Source of the DNA: Pyrinomonadaceae bacterium
Lineage (GTDB): Bacteria > Acidobacteriota > Blastocatellia > Pyrinomonadales > Pyrinomonadaceae
DNA: 64,000 bases
Assembly (NCBI GenBank): GCA_041751855.1
Contig: JBGSWR010000035.1
Coordinates: forward strand, 42,187-106,186
Reading direction: 5' to 3'
Shown: piece by piece, positions 36,386 to 45,484 of the stretch
How positions within the stretch are numbered: the first letter of the stretch is position 1
How the letters are laid out: every line of letters begins with the position of its first letter
Program-made: the position numbers and the translations under genes
Notes under the pieces: generated by a model
Database searches by the model: none
What the model was told of the DNA's origin: nothing
Seen by the model: the letters and a program-made list of their open reading frames with translations, nothing else

Positions 36386-36414
36386 TTGACCGGTCGCATA
36401 CCTGATTGCATAAT
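36386..36414 (+). promoter_or_regulatory. sigma-70-like promoter (TTGACC-17 nt-CATAAT) ending 8 nt before the HDAC start codon
   Basis: TTGACC at 36386-36391, a 17-nt spacer, CATAAT at 36409-36414, and the ATG at 36423. Confidence 0.45.
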
Positions 36415-36422
36415 CTGGCTAA

Positions 36423-37373
36423 ATGGCCACCGCAATTGTTCATCATGAGCTGTTCAGTCAGCACGACACCGGCCCTACTCATCCCGAGAGTCCATCTCGC
36501 TACGCGGTTGTGATGGATGCGCTACGTTCCGATGCCAGGCTCTGGCCTGCCCTGTTGGAATCTATGGCGCCGCCCGTAGCTCGGGGCGACCTTCAGGCCT
36601 GTCATTCGAGCCAGTTGTATAAGAATGTCGAGCGCGCGGTGCGTGAGGGCATGGGCTATCTCGATGCCGACACTACAGTCTCGATGCGATCTTTCGATGC
36701 GGCATTACATGCGGCCGGCGCTGCCTGCCATGCCGTTGATCTGGTATTGGGTGGCAAGGCGTCAAATGCTTTTGTTCCCGTTCGGCCGCCCGGTCATCAT
36801 GCAACCGCGGAACGATCAATGGGTTTCTGCCTCTTCAACAATGTTGCGATAGCCGCCCGGTACGCTCAGCGACATTATCCTGAGATTGAAAGAGTCGCCA
36901 TCCTCGATTGGGATGTACACCATGGTAACGGCACACAGGGGATCTTCTACGACGACCCGACTGTGTTTTTCTTCTCCGTGCACCAGTATCCCTGGTATCC
37001 CGGCACGGGCGCACGTGGGGAGACAGGAGTTGGTCGTGGTCGGGGGTTCACGCTCAACGTTCCCCTACGCGCAGGCACGCCCGCGCAGGAACACAAGCGA
37101 GTTTTTAGTGCAGCGCTCGAGGAGATGGCTGCCAGCTTTAGGCCCGATCTGATTATTATCTCGGCGGGCTTCGATTCGCACCGCGGCGATCCGCTGGGCC
37201 AACTGATGCTCGAGAATGAAGACTTCGAAGAGATGACGCAAGCCACGATCAATTGGGCAAAGGACCATTGCAAGGGCCGGATAGTCTCCTGCCTCGAGGG
37301 CGGCTACAATCTCGATACTCTCGGCCATACTGTTCGCGCTCACGTTAATCAACTTCACTCTGATGGCATTTGA
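36423..37373 (+). CDS. histone deacetylase-family (arginase-fold) deacetylase
   Basis: Contains [19 protein letters not shown] and EGGY motifs. It is 316 aa. Confidence 0.85.
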   Translation: MATAIVHHELFSQHDTGPTHPESPSRYAVVMDALRSDARLWPALLESMAPPVARGDLQACHSSQLYKNVERAVREGMGYLDADTTVSMRSFDAALHAAGAACHAVDLVLGGKASNAFVPVRPPGHHATAERSMGFCLFNNVAIAARYAQRHYPEIERVAILDWDVHHGNGTQGIFYDDPTVFFFSVHQYPWYPGTGARGETGVGRGRGFTLNVPLRAGTPAQEHKRVFSAALEEMAASFRPDLIIISAGFDSHRGDPLGQLMLENEDFEEMTQATINWAKDHCKGRIVSCLEGGYNLDTLGHTVRAHVNQLHSDGI

Positions 37374-37594
37374 AGAGTCAATGTGGCCCTTAACCAATGA
37401 CGCCGCAAGTGTTGAACACTGGCTGGCGCTGGAGTACACTCAAGACACCTAAAACCTGTTCGGAACGTAGCCTCAGATAAGCGATATGAGAGAGTTCGAG
37501 CTCATACAACAGCAACTCCCAGGGTGAGGCCAAAGAGAAAGGTTGTCCCGCCGTTCCGATAAGTTGAGAGCACTGCCGATTCGCACCTGCTCTC

Positions 37595-37906
37595 ATGGAG
37601 AGAAGAGCCATGCCTGACATCGAAATTACATGTGCGGAATGTGGAAGCCCCTTCCCATTCAGCGAACGCGAGCAGGAATACTACAAAGAAAGAAACCTGA
37701 CACATCCTAAGCGTTGTAAACCCTGCCGGGAAGCGCGTCGTGCTAATTTCGGAGGCTCGAGAGGCGCGGGGGAGCGGCAGAAGTTCGAAATAACGTGTGA
37801 CCAGTGTGGCAAGATCGACACTGTACCCTTTAAGCCTTCGACGGGCAGACCAGTCCTCTGCGGGGATTGCTTTAGCGCGAATCGGGCCGCACCGCAGCGT
37901 ACTTGA
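37595..37906 (+). CDS. double zinc-ribbon protein (paralog of 27476..27856)
   Basis: Contains CAECGSPFPFSEREQEYYKERNLTHPKRCKPC and CDQCGKIDTVPFKPSTGRPVLCGDCF. Confidence 0.7.
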   Translation: MERRAMPDIEITCAECGSPFPFSEREQEYYKERNLTHPKRCKPCREARRANFGGSRGAGERQKFEITCDQCGKIDTVPFKPSTGRPVLCGDCFSANRAAPQRT

Positions 37907-38012
37907 GAGTTGGCTCGCTCCATATCAACCAAAGCGCTTTATTCTCCTTTCCTGGTCTCGACCACTTTATGCGGCGGGTTTAAAACCCGCATCGCTCTTA
38001 ACAGGTGAGCCT

Positions 38013-38807
38013 GTGAGCTACGAAACTATCCAACTTGAAACACACGGTGCGGTCGGCTTGATAACGTTGAACCGGCCCGAGTCGCTGAATGCGCTAACGG
38101 CGAAGTTAGGACAGGAGTTCCTGGAAGCGTTTGCTGAGGCGCGGGCAAAGAATATTCGTGCGTTGGTTCTTACGGGTGCGGGACGGGCTTTTTGCTCGGG
38201 TGGGGATCTGAGAGAAATGCAGCGAATTGCGGCCCATGACGGCCGGGTTGACGCTTTCTTCGACGAGCCGTTGCGACTACTGAACGAATGCGTTTTGTTG
38301 ATTCGCAGGACACCCCTGCCAATCATCGCGGCAGTCAACGGCGCTGCCTCAGGTGGGGGTTGCAATCTGGCGCTGGCCTGCGATTTCGTCGTTGCCGCCG
38401 AAAGTGCCCGTTTCAACCAGGCCTTCGTCAGGGTAGGGCTGTCGCCAGATTGTGGCGGAAGCTTTATTCTGCCTCGTTTGATTGGCTGGCGACGGGCCAC
38501 GGAGCTGTTAATGACCGGTGAAGTCATCAGCGCCCAAAGGGCCGTGGAACTCGGGATGATTAATGCCGTCGTTCCTGACGCTCAGTTAATGGACCACGCG
38601 AGAGCCCTGGCAGTGAAACTTGCAAATGGGCCGACTGCCGCTTTGGGACGCGTAAAGGAGTTGCTTGAAGCCAGTGCAAAAAATGATTATGCGGCTCAGT
38701 TGGAGTTTGAACGATTGGTCCAAATCCAATCCGGCCAAACGCAGGATTTTAAAGAAGGTGTGGCAGCTTTCATCGAGAAGCGGCCGCCACGATTCGTTGG
38801 GGGTTGA
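38013..38807 (+). CDS. enoyl-CoA hydratase/isomerase family protein
   Basis: GTG at 38013 follows AGGTGA. Contains ITLNRPESLNAL, TGAGRAFCSGGDL and AAVNGAASGGGCNLALACD. It is 264 aa with this start. Confidence 0.85.
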   Translation: MSYETIQLETHGAVGLITLNRPESLNALTAKLGQEFLEAFAEARAKNIRALVLTGAGRAFCSGGDLREMQRIAAHDGRVDAFFDEPLRLLNECVLLIRRTPLPIIAAVNGAASGGGCNLALACDFVVAAESARFNQAFVRVGLSPDCGGSFILPRLIGWRRATELLMTGEVISAQRAVELGMINAVVPDAQLMDHARALAVKLANGPTAALGRVKELLEASAKNDYAAQLEFERLVQIQSGQTQDFKEGVAAFIEKRPPRFVGG

Positions 38808-38930
38808 TCTCCGAAGTTGAAATCGACGAGGTTGCGGGCCGCTGGGTTTATCTGGCGGCTTTTTTGCAACTCATGACCTCAGTAACCTACATCCAATTAG
38901 GACGAAGATGAGTGAGAAGGTCTTGACGCT

Positions 38931-39287
38931 CTAAGCGTCTGCGCGAGAGTGAATCAGTCGACGGATGCGGTCAGCAAACAGGACGTCGATCTTCTTGGGT
39001 TCTATGAGCGCGGTTACTTCGCCCGGCCCCCACATCGGGTGAACCATCACCTGACCGGTTCGATAAGTCCGTTTACTGTCATAGGGCTCGCTGACTACCG
39101 CTTTTGTCCGGCCCCCCGTTAGCTTTGTGCCACTTGAGAACGAACTTCTGGTACCGCATTTGGGGCAACTGACACGTGAAATCGAACCGCGCTTGGTGAC
39201 TGAAGCGACAACGTGGCCCCGCTCTTCCTGGCAGATGAGACACAGTTTTTCGACGCGATCACCAATCGCGTAAACCGGCTTTTCCAT
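38931..39287 (-). CDS. hypothetical zinc-ribbon protein
   Basis: ATG at 39287 (MEKPVYAIGDRV...). Contains CLICQ...CPKCG, and the C-terminus has VMVHPMWGPGEV. Confidence 0.5.
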   Translation of the reverse strand: MEKPVYAIGDRVEKLCLICQEERGHVVASVTKRGSISRVSCPKCGTRSSFSSGTKLTGGRTKAVVSEPYDSKRTYRTGQVMVHPMWGPGEVTALIEPKKIDVLFADRIRRLIHSRADA

Positions 39288-39489
39288 AGATTCCTTTCTG
39301 ACTGAAGTAATGCCGCGAGTTTTTACCACCTGATAATGCACTAATTGATTGCCACTTGCAAGTTGAGGTCCGGCAAATCTGAGAATCGCTTCACCGCTTA
39401 CACAAGTATTACAAAGGCTTTATCAGCAAGCTGATAGGATAGTTCGCAAGGCTGCTTCCCGCCGAAAATCTTGTTGAGTCGGAGTACTA

Positions 39490-40341
39490 ATGCCAACCGT
39501 ACAAAGGGATCATATCAATTGGGTAACGACCAGCTTCATGCTCGTTTTTCACGCTGGCGCGATTGCAGCACTCTTCATGTTTAGCTGGCAAGTGCTGGCT
39601 GTCACACTGACGCTCTGGTGGATCTCGGGGAGCCTGGGTATCGGTATGGGTTTTCACCGTTTGCTCACGCATCGCGGGTACAAGACTCCAAAGGCGATCG
39701 AGTACTTTCTGACGTTTTGCGGAACGCTTGCCCTGGAAGGGGGCCCTATCAATTGGGTTGTGACCCATCGCATTCATCATTCAAACACCGACAGACCCGG
39801 TGATCCGCATTCGCCCCGCGACGGACGTTGGTGGGCGCACATGGGATGGATTCTGCGGGGGACGGCTCAGCAGCATGAAGACTCGGTATTGCGACGTTAT
39901 GCTCCAGACTTAATGAGGGATCCTGTACACGTCTGGCTTAACCGGCTCTATTTCGTGCCCCTGATTGTTCTGGGTCTGCTCCTGCTTGTTTTCGGTGGTT
40001 GGTCAATGATGTTTTGGGGAATATTTCTGAGGGTCACGGTGGGGCTTCATGCTACCTGGTTGGTGAATTCGGCAACTCATCTTTGGGGCCGGCGGCGATT
40101 TAGTACCAGCGACGATTCGACGAATAGCTGGTGGGTTGCACTGCTGACATTTGGCGAGGGTTGGCACAACAACCACCACGCCTTTCCGCGGGCGGCGAAG
40201 CACGGGCTAAGGTGGTATGAGATTGATGTCAACTGGTGGGGCATTGCCACTCTTAAGCAGCTCGGCCTTGCGAGAAACCTGAAGACTGTCACAGAAGAAC
40301 AGATGCGGACCCACAACGAAAAGCAGGAACTCGCAGCCTAG
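39490..40341 (+). CDS. acyl-CoA (delta-9-type) fatty acid desaturase
   Basis: Three His boxes: [16 protein letters not shown] and [14 protein letters not shown] segments are present. Confidence 0.9.
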   Translation: MPTVQRDHINWVTTSFMLVFHAGAIAALFMFSWQVLAVTLTLWWISGSLGIGMGFHRLLTHRGYKTPKAIEYFLTFCGTLALEGGPINWVVTHRIHHSNTDRPGDPHSPRDGRWWAHMGWILRGTAQQHEDSVLRRYAPDLMRDPVHVWLNRLYFVPLIVLGLLLLVFGGWSMMFWGIFLRVTVGLHATWLVNSATHLWGRRRFSTSDDSTNSWWVALLTFGEGWHNNHHAFPRAAKHGLRWYEIDVNWWGIATLKQLGLARNLKTVTEEQMRTHNEKQELAA

Positions 40342-40413
40342 ATATTTCTCTCCGCAGCCTGGCCGAGGGCCGATGTCCTTCATCGGGCGGTCAGCATCCT
40401 TTACAATGCCGGC

Positions 40414-41313
40414 ATGCCCGTCAGCGGCCGTCGTAAATCTGTAATCTTCTTTATTACTCTTGGCGCCTGCCTCGTCGTTCTCGCGATCGCGTTAAATGTT
40501 GGCTGGATTCTGCTCAACTGGCGTGAAGTCGCTCTTCTGGTGCTCGGGATCATCTTCTTTCTGGTGATTATCTTTGGGCTTGTACTTAATACAACCTTCC
40601 TGATTCGCGAGATAAAGCGCAATGAGCAACACGATGCCTTCATCAACGCTGTTACTCACGAACTCAAGACGCCAATTACCTCCATCCGCCTCTACCTCGA
40701 AACTTTGAAAGCCCGGGATTTAAAAGAAGAACAACGACAGGAGTTCTACGACATCATGCTCGCAGATAGCGATCGCTTGATACAAACTGTCGAGCAGGTA
40801 CTGCGCGCCGGACAAGCGGGACATCGTCGCCGGCGAATAAACACGGCGATTATTGATGTGGGGCAAATGGTCAAGGAATGTCTCGAGTTGGCTCGTGTCC
40901 GCTATAACCTCGCCGCCGATTCACTCAGTTATTCTGAGGCGTTCGACGGCGAACGGCCCCGCGTTGCCGGCGACATGGACGAACTCCGCGCCGCTGTTTC
41001 GAATCTGCTCGACAATGCAGTTAAATATTCGGAAGCCGAGGTGCATGTGTCGGTTGAAGTGGCGGCCATCGATGCAAAACGGGTTGCGGTGCGAATCGCA
41101 GATCAGGGCATCGGTATTCCCAGCGCCCAATTAAGGCGAATCTTCAGACGCTTTTACCGTGTGCCTGGACGCGTGATGGCCCGGGTGAAGGGAACTGGCC
41201 TCGGACTCTTCATTGTAAGCTCCGTCGTCGAAAAGCACGGAGGGCGAGTGTTTGCCGAAAGCCCCGGGCTTGGTCACGGGAGTGTTTTCACAATTCAACT
41301 TCCAAGGGCTTGA
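40414..41313 (+). CDS. sensor histidine kinase, two TM segments with minimal loop (intramembrane-sensing type)
   Basis: TM1 and TM2 are separated by only about 5 residues (LLNWREVA). The H-box is THELKTPITSI, and the HATPase_c N and G boxes are LLDNAVKYS and GTGLGL. Confidence 0.85.
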   Translation: MPVSGRRKSVIFFITLGACLVVLAIALNVGWILLNWREVALLVLGIIFFLVIIFGLVLNTTFLIREIKRNEQHDAFINAVTHELKTPITSIRLYLETLKARDLKEEQRQEFYDIMLADSDRLIQTVEQVLRAGQAGHRRRRINTAIIDVGQMVKECLELARVRYNLAADSLSYSEAFDGERPRVAGDMDELRAAVSNLLDNAVKYSEAEVHVSVEVAAIDAKRVAVRIADQGIGIPSAQLRRIFRRFYRVPGRVMARVKGTGLGLFIVSSVVEKHGGRVFAESPGLGHGSVFTIQLPRA

Positions 41314-41316
41314 GCA

Positions 41317-42072
41317 ATGAATTCAGTGCTGATCGTTGAGGATGAGGACCATCTGGCCGAAGGTCTGCGCTTCAACCTGGAGGCCGATGAGTATAAGGTC
41401 GATATCGCGGGTGACGGTGAGGCAGCGCTTGCCCTATTGCTTGGAGACCGTCGCCCGTACGATGCCGTTGTGCTTGATGTGATGCTGCCCGGCAAAGATG
41501 GTTTCACCGTAGCAGCAGAGTTACGCGCAGCCGGTCTCTACGTACCGATTCTCATGCTGACTGCGCGCGGGCGCCCGGAAGATGTCCTCCTGGGTTTCGA
41601 GTCGGGCGCCGATGATTATCTCCCCAAGCCGTTTGAACTGAAGGTCCTGATTGCGCGCTTGAACGCCCTGCTCCGCCGACGTGAATGGTTTAATAAGGAC
41701 AACTTCGAGCGTGACAGGCAAGAGGCAAAACCACAGCCGGACGATGTCTTTGAGTTTGCCGGCAGAAAGATCGATTTTGGATCTCTGGAGCTACACACGC
41801 CGCAGCAGACCGTCAGGCTGACGCTGATGGAGACGGGGCTGTTGCGCTATCTCATAAAGCATGAAGGACGAGTCATCTCACGAAAGGAGATGCTCGAGGA
41901 GGTTTGGGGCTTGCGAGAAGATACCGACACCCGCGCCATTGATAACTTTATTGTGCGATTAAGAAAGTATATAGAGGACGAACCGTCGCGACCCAAACAT
42001 CTACTTACTGTAAGAGGCGTTGGCTATCGGTTCCTGGCCGAATTGACCGACCGGATAGAGGCGGATATTTAG
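41317..42072 (+). CDS. OmpR-family response regulator
   Basis: The receiver domain has VLIVEDE...DAVVLDVMLPGKDG. The winged-helix C-terminus has LLTVRGVGYRF. It starts 3 nt after the kinase stop. Confidence 0.9.
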   Translation: MNSVLIVEDEDHLAEGLRFNLEADEYKVDIAGDGEAALALLLGDRRPYDAVVLDVMLPGKDGFTVAAELRAAGLYVPILMLTARGRPEDVLLGFESGADDYLPKPFELKVLIARLNALLRRREWFNKDNFERDRQEAKPQPDDVFEFAGRKIDFGSLELHTPQQTVRLTLMETGLLRYLIKHEGRVISRKEMLEEVWGLREDTDTRAIDNFIVRLRKYIEDEPSRPKHLLTVRGVGYRFLAELTDRIEADI

Positions 42073-42103
42073 ACTTGCTGCGCTTTGAGGAGATTAAGCA
42101 GGA

Positions 42104-43078
42104 CTAATTACCTGCGGTGATTAGTGATGACCTGACACCAAGCAGGTCGGAAAAGTCTTTAGTGTAGACGGCCTCAACTTTTCTTACCTGACCCACCACC
42201 TCCGAGAGTTCGTCGCTGGAAATAAAACCATTTTCAGTGTGGGCGATTGCCCAAAGCCTGATATGAGCGGCGGTCCGGAGTAGATCTTCAACGCAGCGCA
42301 AATACTGCTTCTTGCTCTGAACAGCCGCACCAAGTTTGCCTGACTGTAGTTGCTCGAGTGAAACCCAGAAGTCGTCGCCTCCCCGCAGCCACTCTTCACG
42401 CCAGGTAAAACGACCTGGTGGCGTTGCCTCGGATTGAATCACCGGAGCCGGTAACCTCAGAAACAAGAGATCTGTGTGATTGCGTTCTGCAATAAAGCTG
42501 TGCGGTTCCTGATTAGTACTCTTGTTTCTTAGCGCATTGTCGTAAGGATAGGGCAAGGTCTCCTTTAGTTGCTTGAACACGTTGGAGAGTGAGAGCGGCT
42601 GGCGCAGGTTTCTTGTCTCTGGGCCAAATGAGAGGACGTAGTCACCCACCATCATTCCGACGGTGAGAGCCAATGCCCGTTTGTATGGTGAGCGAAGACG
42701 TTCGGAGTTGAAACGAACATTGTCAAACCACCATGTGTCCGTTTCGTTAAACCACTTCAGAAGCGAAGGGTTATCGAGTTTATCACGAGGGACATAAGCG
42801 TCCGAGACTATCGTATCGACCTCGTCAGCAGAGAGCTGTTCGGAATGGTTCTCTACGAGGGCGGTGGCTTTGATGAAGGCCCACAATAGCGGATCATTAG
42901 CGGCAACTCTTACGCGCCAGCGCTTAAGATGTGTGCCCAGGTCGGATTCGCCGGAAAAAGGTAACGCAATAGAGGAAAACTTGAGCCGGCGAAGTACGCT
43001 CAGCTCAAAAGCTAGCCACCCGTTGGGGAATGTCCCGGAATTCTTGTAAGTCACTAACCGTTTCACCCGATCACTCAT
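42104..43078 (-). CDS. hypothetical protein; possible degenerate D12/Dam-like methyltransferase fold lacking (D/N)PPY
   Basis: ATG at 43078 overlaps the HD-GYP stop (ATGAGTGA). It has IALPFSGESDLG (motif-I-like), AANDPLLWAFI, and DLLFLRLPAP where Dam has a DPPY-type motif. The fold call comes from memory of the family and is unverified. Confidence 0.55.
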   Translation of the reverse strand: MSDRVKRLVTYKNSGTFPNGWLAFELSVLRRLKFSSIALPFSGESDLGTHLKRWRVRVAANDPLLWAFIKATALVENHSEQLSADEVDTIVSDAYVPRDKLDNPSLLKWFNETDTWWFDNVRFNSERLRSPYKRALALTVGMMVGDYVLSFGPETRNLRQPLSLSNVFKQLKETLPYPYDNALRNKSTNQEPHSFIAERNHTDLLFLRLPAPVIQSEATPPGRFTWREEWLRGGDDFWVSLEQLQSGKLGAAVQSKKQYLRCVEDLLRTAAHIRLWAIAHTENGFISSDELSEVVGQVRKVEAVYTKDFSDLLGVRSSLITAGN

Positions 43079-43742
43079 CGCCTGGATGAGAAAAGATCCT
43101 GTCCGGTTTGGCTGGCGGATTGAATTGCGCGCCAGTTCCGGCAAACGCAAGGAGCGCCTCCAGCGGGCCGAGGGAAAGAAGCACATTGACTACATGTGGA
43201 TCGAACTCGATTCCTGCCCAGGTGGTCAATTCTTGTTTTGCCTCGGCTTCGGTCAGGGCTGGCCTATATGGACGAGCATCAGTGAGCGCGGCGTAGGAGT
43301 CCGCTACGCGAAGAATCCGGGCACCCAATGGGATCTCTTCACGGTGCAACGTATCGGGGTATCCGGAGCCATTCCACCACTCATGATGCCAGCGTACCAA
43401 CAATTGCGCCGACCGGTCCGCGCCCGCCCGAGCAGCTTCCTGCTCACCAATTACGGGATGTCGGGCAAGATCGATACGTTCCTCGTCCGTGAGCGATCCT
43501 GAGCGCTGGATGTACTGTCGTTCCATTGCTGCTTCACCGAGATCGTGAAGGAGCGCGGCTACCTTCAAGGACTCGCGGTCATGCGGGGCTACGTTGAAGC
43601 GCTGCGCAATTTCATCGGCGATTGCCGCAATGCGAGTCGCATGCGAATTTCGGTATTGTTCGAATTTGTCAGTCGCCAGCGCGAGCTGCAAGAAGGCCTC
43701 ACTCGCACGCGCCTCAGCCGGTAGTTTAGTTACAGCCGCCAT
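43071..43742 (-). CDS. HD-GYP domain protein (stand-alone)
   Basis: Contains LLHDLGE and HHEWWNGSGYP, the HD and GYP signatures. It is 223 aa with no receiver domain. Confidence 0.85.
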   Translation of the reverse strand: MAAVTKLPAEARASEAFLQLALATDKFEQYRNSHATRIAAIADEIAQRFNVAPHDRESLKVAALLHDLGEAAMERQYIQRSGSLTDEERIDLARHPVIGEQEAARAGADRSAQLLVRWHHEWWNGSGYPDTLHREEIPLGARILRVADSYAALTDARPYRPALTEAEAKQELTTWAGIEFDPHVVNVLLSLGPLEALLAFAGTGAQFNPPAKPDRIFSHPGDE

Positions 43743-43773
43743 TGTTTTCTCTCGAAGAGCACCATTCTAACCC

Positions 43774-45288
43774 TTAATTGGTGTCTGATTTAAGCCGACG
43801 CAAGAACTCCTGGGCCGTGGAATTATCGGGCTCGCTCGCAACTGCTCGTTCCGCCTCATTCTGCGCTCGCAGCAGGAATCCCAGATCGCAGTACAGTTCA
43901 GCCAACATTAGTCGATAGGCCGCTTGATTTGGATCAAGCTTGGTAGCTGCGAGCAGCTCTGCCTCTGCAAGCCGGCGCGTCCGGGCATTTCCGGCCAACG
44001 CGCGACCGTAGTAGGCACGATACCGTGCCTCTTTTGGCTCTTTACGGGCTGCCGCTCCGAGCAGGGTTACTGCCAAATTAGTTTGTCCTTGCTGGAGTGC
44101 TGCGAACCCTTCCTTGAAGTTAGCTTCAGCTTTCTGAAACTCAGGCTCAGATTCCGTTCCCGAAGGGTCCACGGAAACGTCGCGGCCCGACTTAGGCGCC
44201 GAGTCTGCAAACTGCCGCGCTCGCGCCTGTGCCGCAAGCTTTCCGTCATAGGTCGATCGGCGTCCCGGATCTGTTAGGGTTTCGTAAGCTTGAGTAATAC
44301 GCGCAAAAGCCGACTCCATGCGAGCGTGTACCTCTTTCGAAACACTCACGCGAAAGCGATCCGGGTGGTAACGACGCGCGAGCATGTAATAGGATCGTTT
44401 GATCTCCTTCAACTGGGCGGTGGCGCCAACAGCCAGGACTTCGTAGTGACTGGCAGCCTCATTGATTCTCAATAAGTACTCTTCCAGATGTTTCTCTTCA
44501 TCTATTTCCTCGCTTTCCGATGGGGGCGCAACTGTCGGGGGCTCGGTTTTCACGTTCGGCGCCGGCTGATGGGACCGAGTGGGCGTCGGCCCATCGGGAA
44601 AGACCGAGTTCCATCCGTCTCGCTTGAGATATCCTCCAAGGGCCAATGTGTAGATCATGCGATAGGCTTCGAGATCCCCCAATCCACTGATCGCGATCAG
44701 CTCGTGCAGTCGAATGGGCGTTTCGACTCTAGATAAGACAAAACCTTCCGCAGGCTGTAGGTTGTTTGCCTGTGGTGGTTCCGAAACCGGCGAAATGAGT
44801 TCCTGAGGATTTCGAAAGCGAGTAGATATGAACCCAGGTTCCATTTGCCGTGCGCCTTCCATCAACAAACGTTCGGTGTTTATTTCGACGCGAATGGGGT
44901 CAACGAGGCGAGTGCGTTCGTCGAAGTTCCACAAGCCCTCGCCCCACAACAGAACTACCCCAAGCACCCCTTTAACCTGGTTAATCAGGACGCCAGCAAT
45001 CGCCTCGGCAGACAGGACTCCGCTCGTAGACAGGGCATTGACCAATTCCACGTCTGATTGTTGACCGAGTTTTGAAAGTTTCGTCTCTGAGATCAGTTGT
45101 TGCGCGGTCAGTAGATGGCGGAGTCGCAGCGAACGGATGTTTGCCGCAGCGTAAATGAGGTTGCCAGTGTCGAAATAGAGCGCCGCCCTGACCCGCTCCT
45201 GCTCGAGGCGCAGCGTGCCCGAAAAGTTCTTGGTCGAAATCTCACGAATTAGTTCGGCGACCGGCTGTTCGCCTAATTGACCGTTCAT
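43774..45288 (-). CDS. DUF4388 / J-domain / TPR protein
   Basis: The N-terminus is DUF4388-like (GEQPVAELIREISTKNFSGTLRLEQERVRAALYFDTGNLIYA). The J-domain reads HYEVLAVGATAQLKEIKRSYYMLARRYHPDRF. The C-terminus has TPR-like repeats. Confidence 0.75.
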   Translation of the reverse strand: MNGQLGEQPVAELIREISTKNFSGTLRLEQERVRAALYFDTGNLIYAAANIRSLRLRHLLTAQQLISETKLSKLGQQSDVELVNALSTSGVLSAEAIAGVLINQVKGVLGVVLLWGEGLWNFDERTRLVDPIRVEINTERLLMEGARQMEPGFISTRFRNPQELISPVSEPPQANNLQPAEGFVLSRVETPIRLHELIAISGLGDLEAYRMIYTLALGGYLKRDGWNSVFPDGPTPTRSHQPAPNVKTEPPTVAPPSESEEIDEEKHLEEYLLRINEAASHYEVLAVGATAQLKEIKRSYYMLARRYHPDRFRVSVSKEVHARMESAFARITQAYETLTDPGRRSTYDGKLAAQARARQFADSAPKSGRDVSVDPSGTESEPEFQKAEANFKEGFAALQQGQTNLAVTLLGAAARKEPKEARYRAYYGRALAGNARTRRLAEAELLAATKLDPNQAAYRLMLAELYCDLGFLLRAQNEAERAVASEPDNSTAQEFLRRLKSDTN

Positions 45289-45374
45289 TTGGCGTGAAAC
45301 AAACTCCGGCTGATGCTCTCATAACGAGCCCGTTTCATCATAGCGCACGAGCAAGGTAAAAAAGAAGTAGGGCT

Positions 45375-45403
45375 TTGACACTCTTGAGATGCATCTCTAT
45401 ATT
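45375..45403 (+). promoter_or_regulatory. near-consensus sigma-70 promoter (TTGACA-17 nt-TATATT)
   Basis: TTGACA at 45375-45380, a 17-nt spacer, and TATATT at 45398-45403. It lies about 80 nt upstream of the kinase gene at 45485. Confidence 0.55.
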
Positions 45404-45484
45404 GATGGTCACAGACAACTTATGCGCCAGTGTTAATTTATTGGTGGGCTTTAGCTTTTTCAAAAGGGGTTGCTCTCGCGTTAG

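Noticed and set aside
37797-38012. The N-terminal extension of the crotonase ORF (37797..38807).
   Set aside because: The extension overlaps the zinc-ribbon gene at 37595..37906 and adds non-homologous sequence. GTG at 38013 has an upstream SD sequence and gives the canonical length of about 260 aa.
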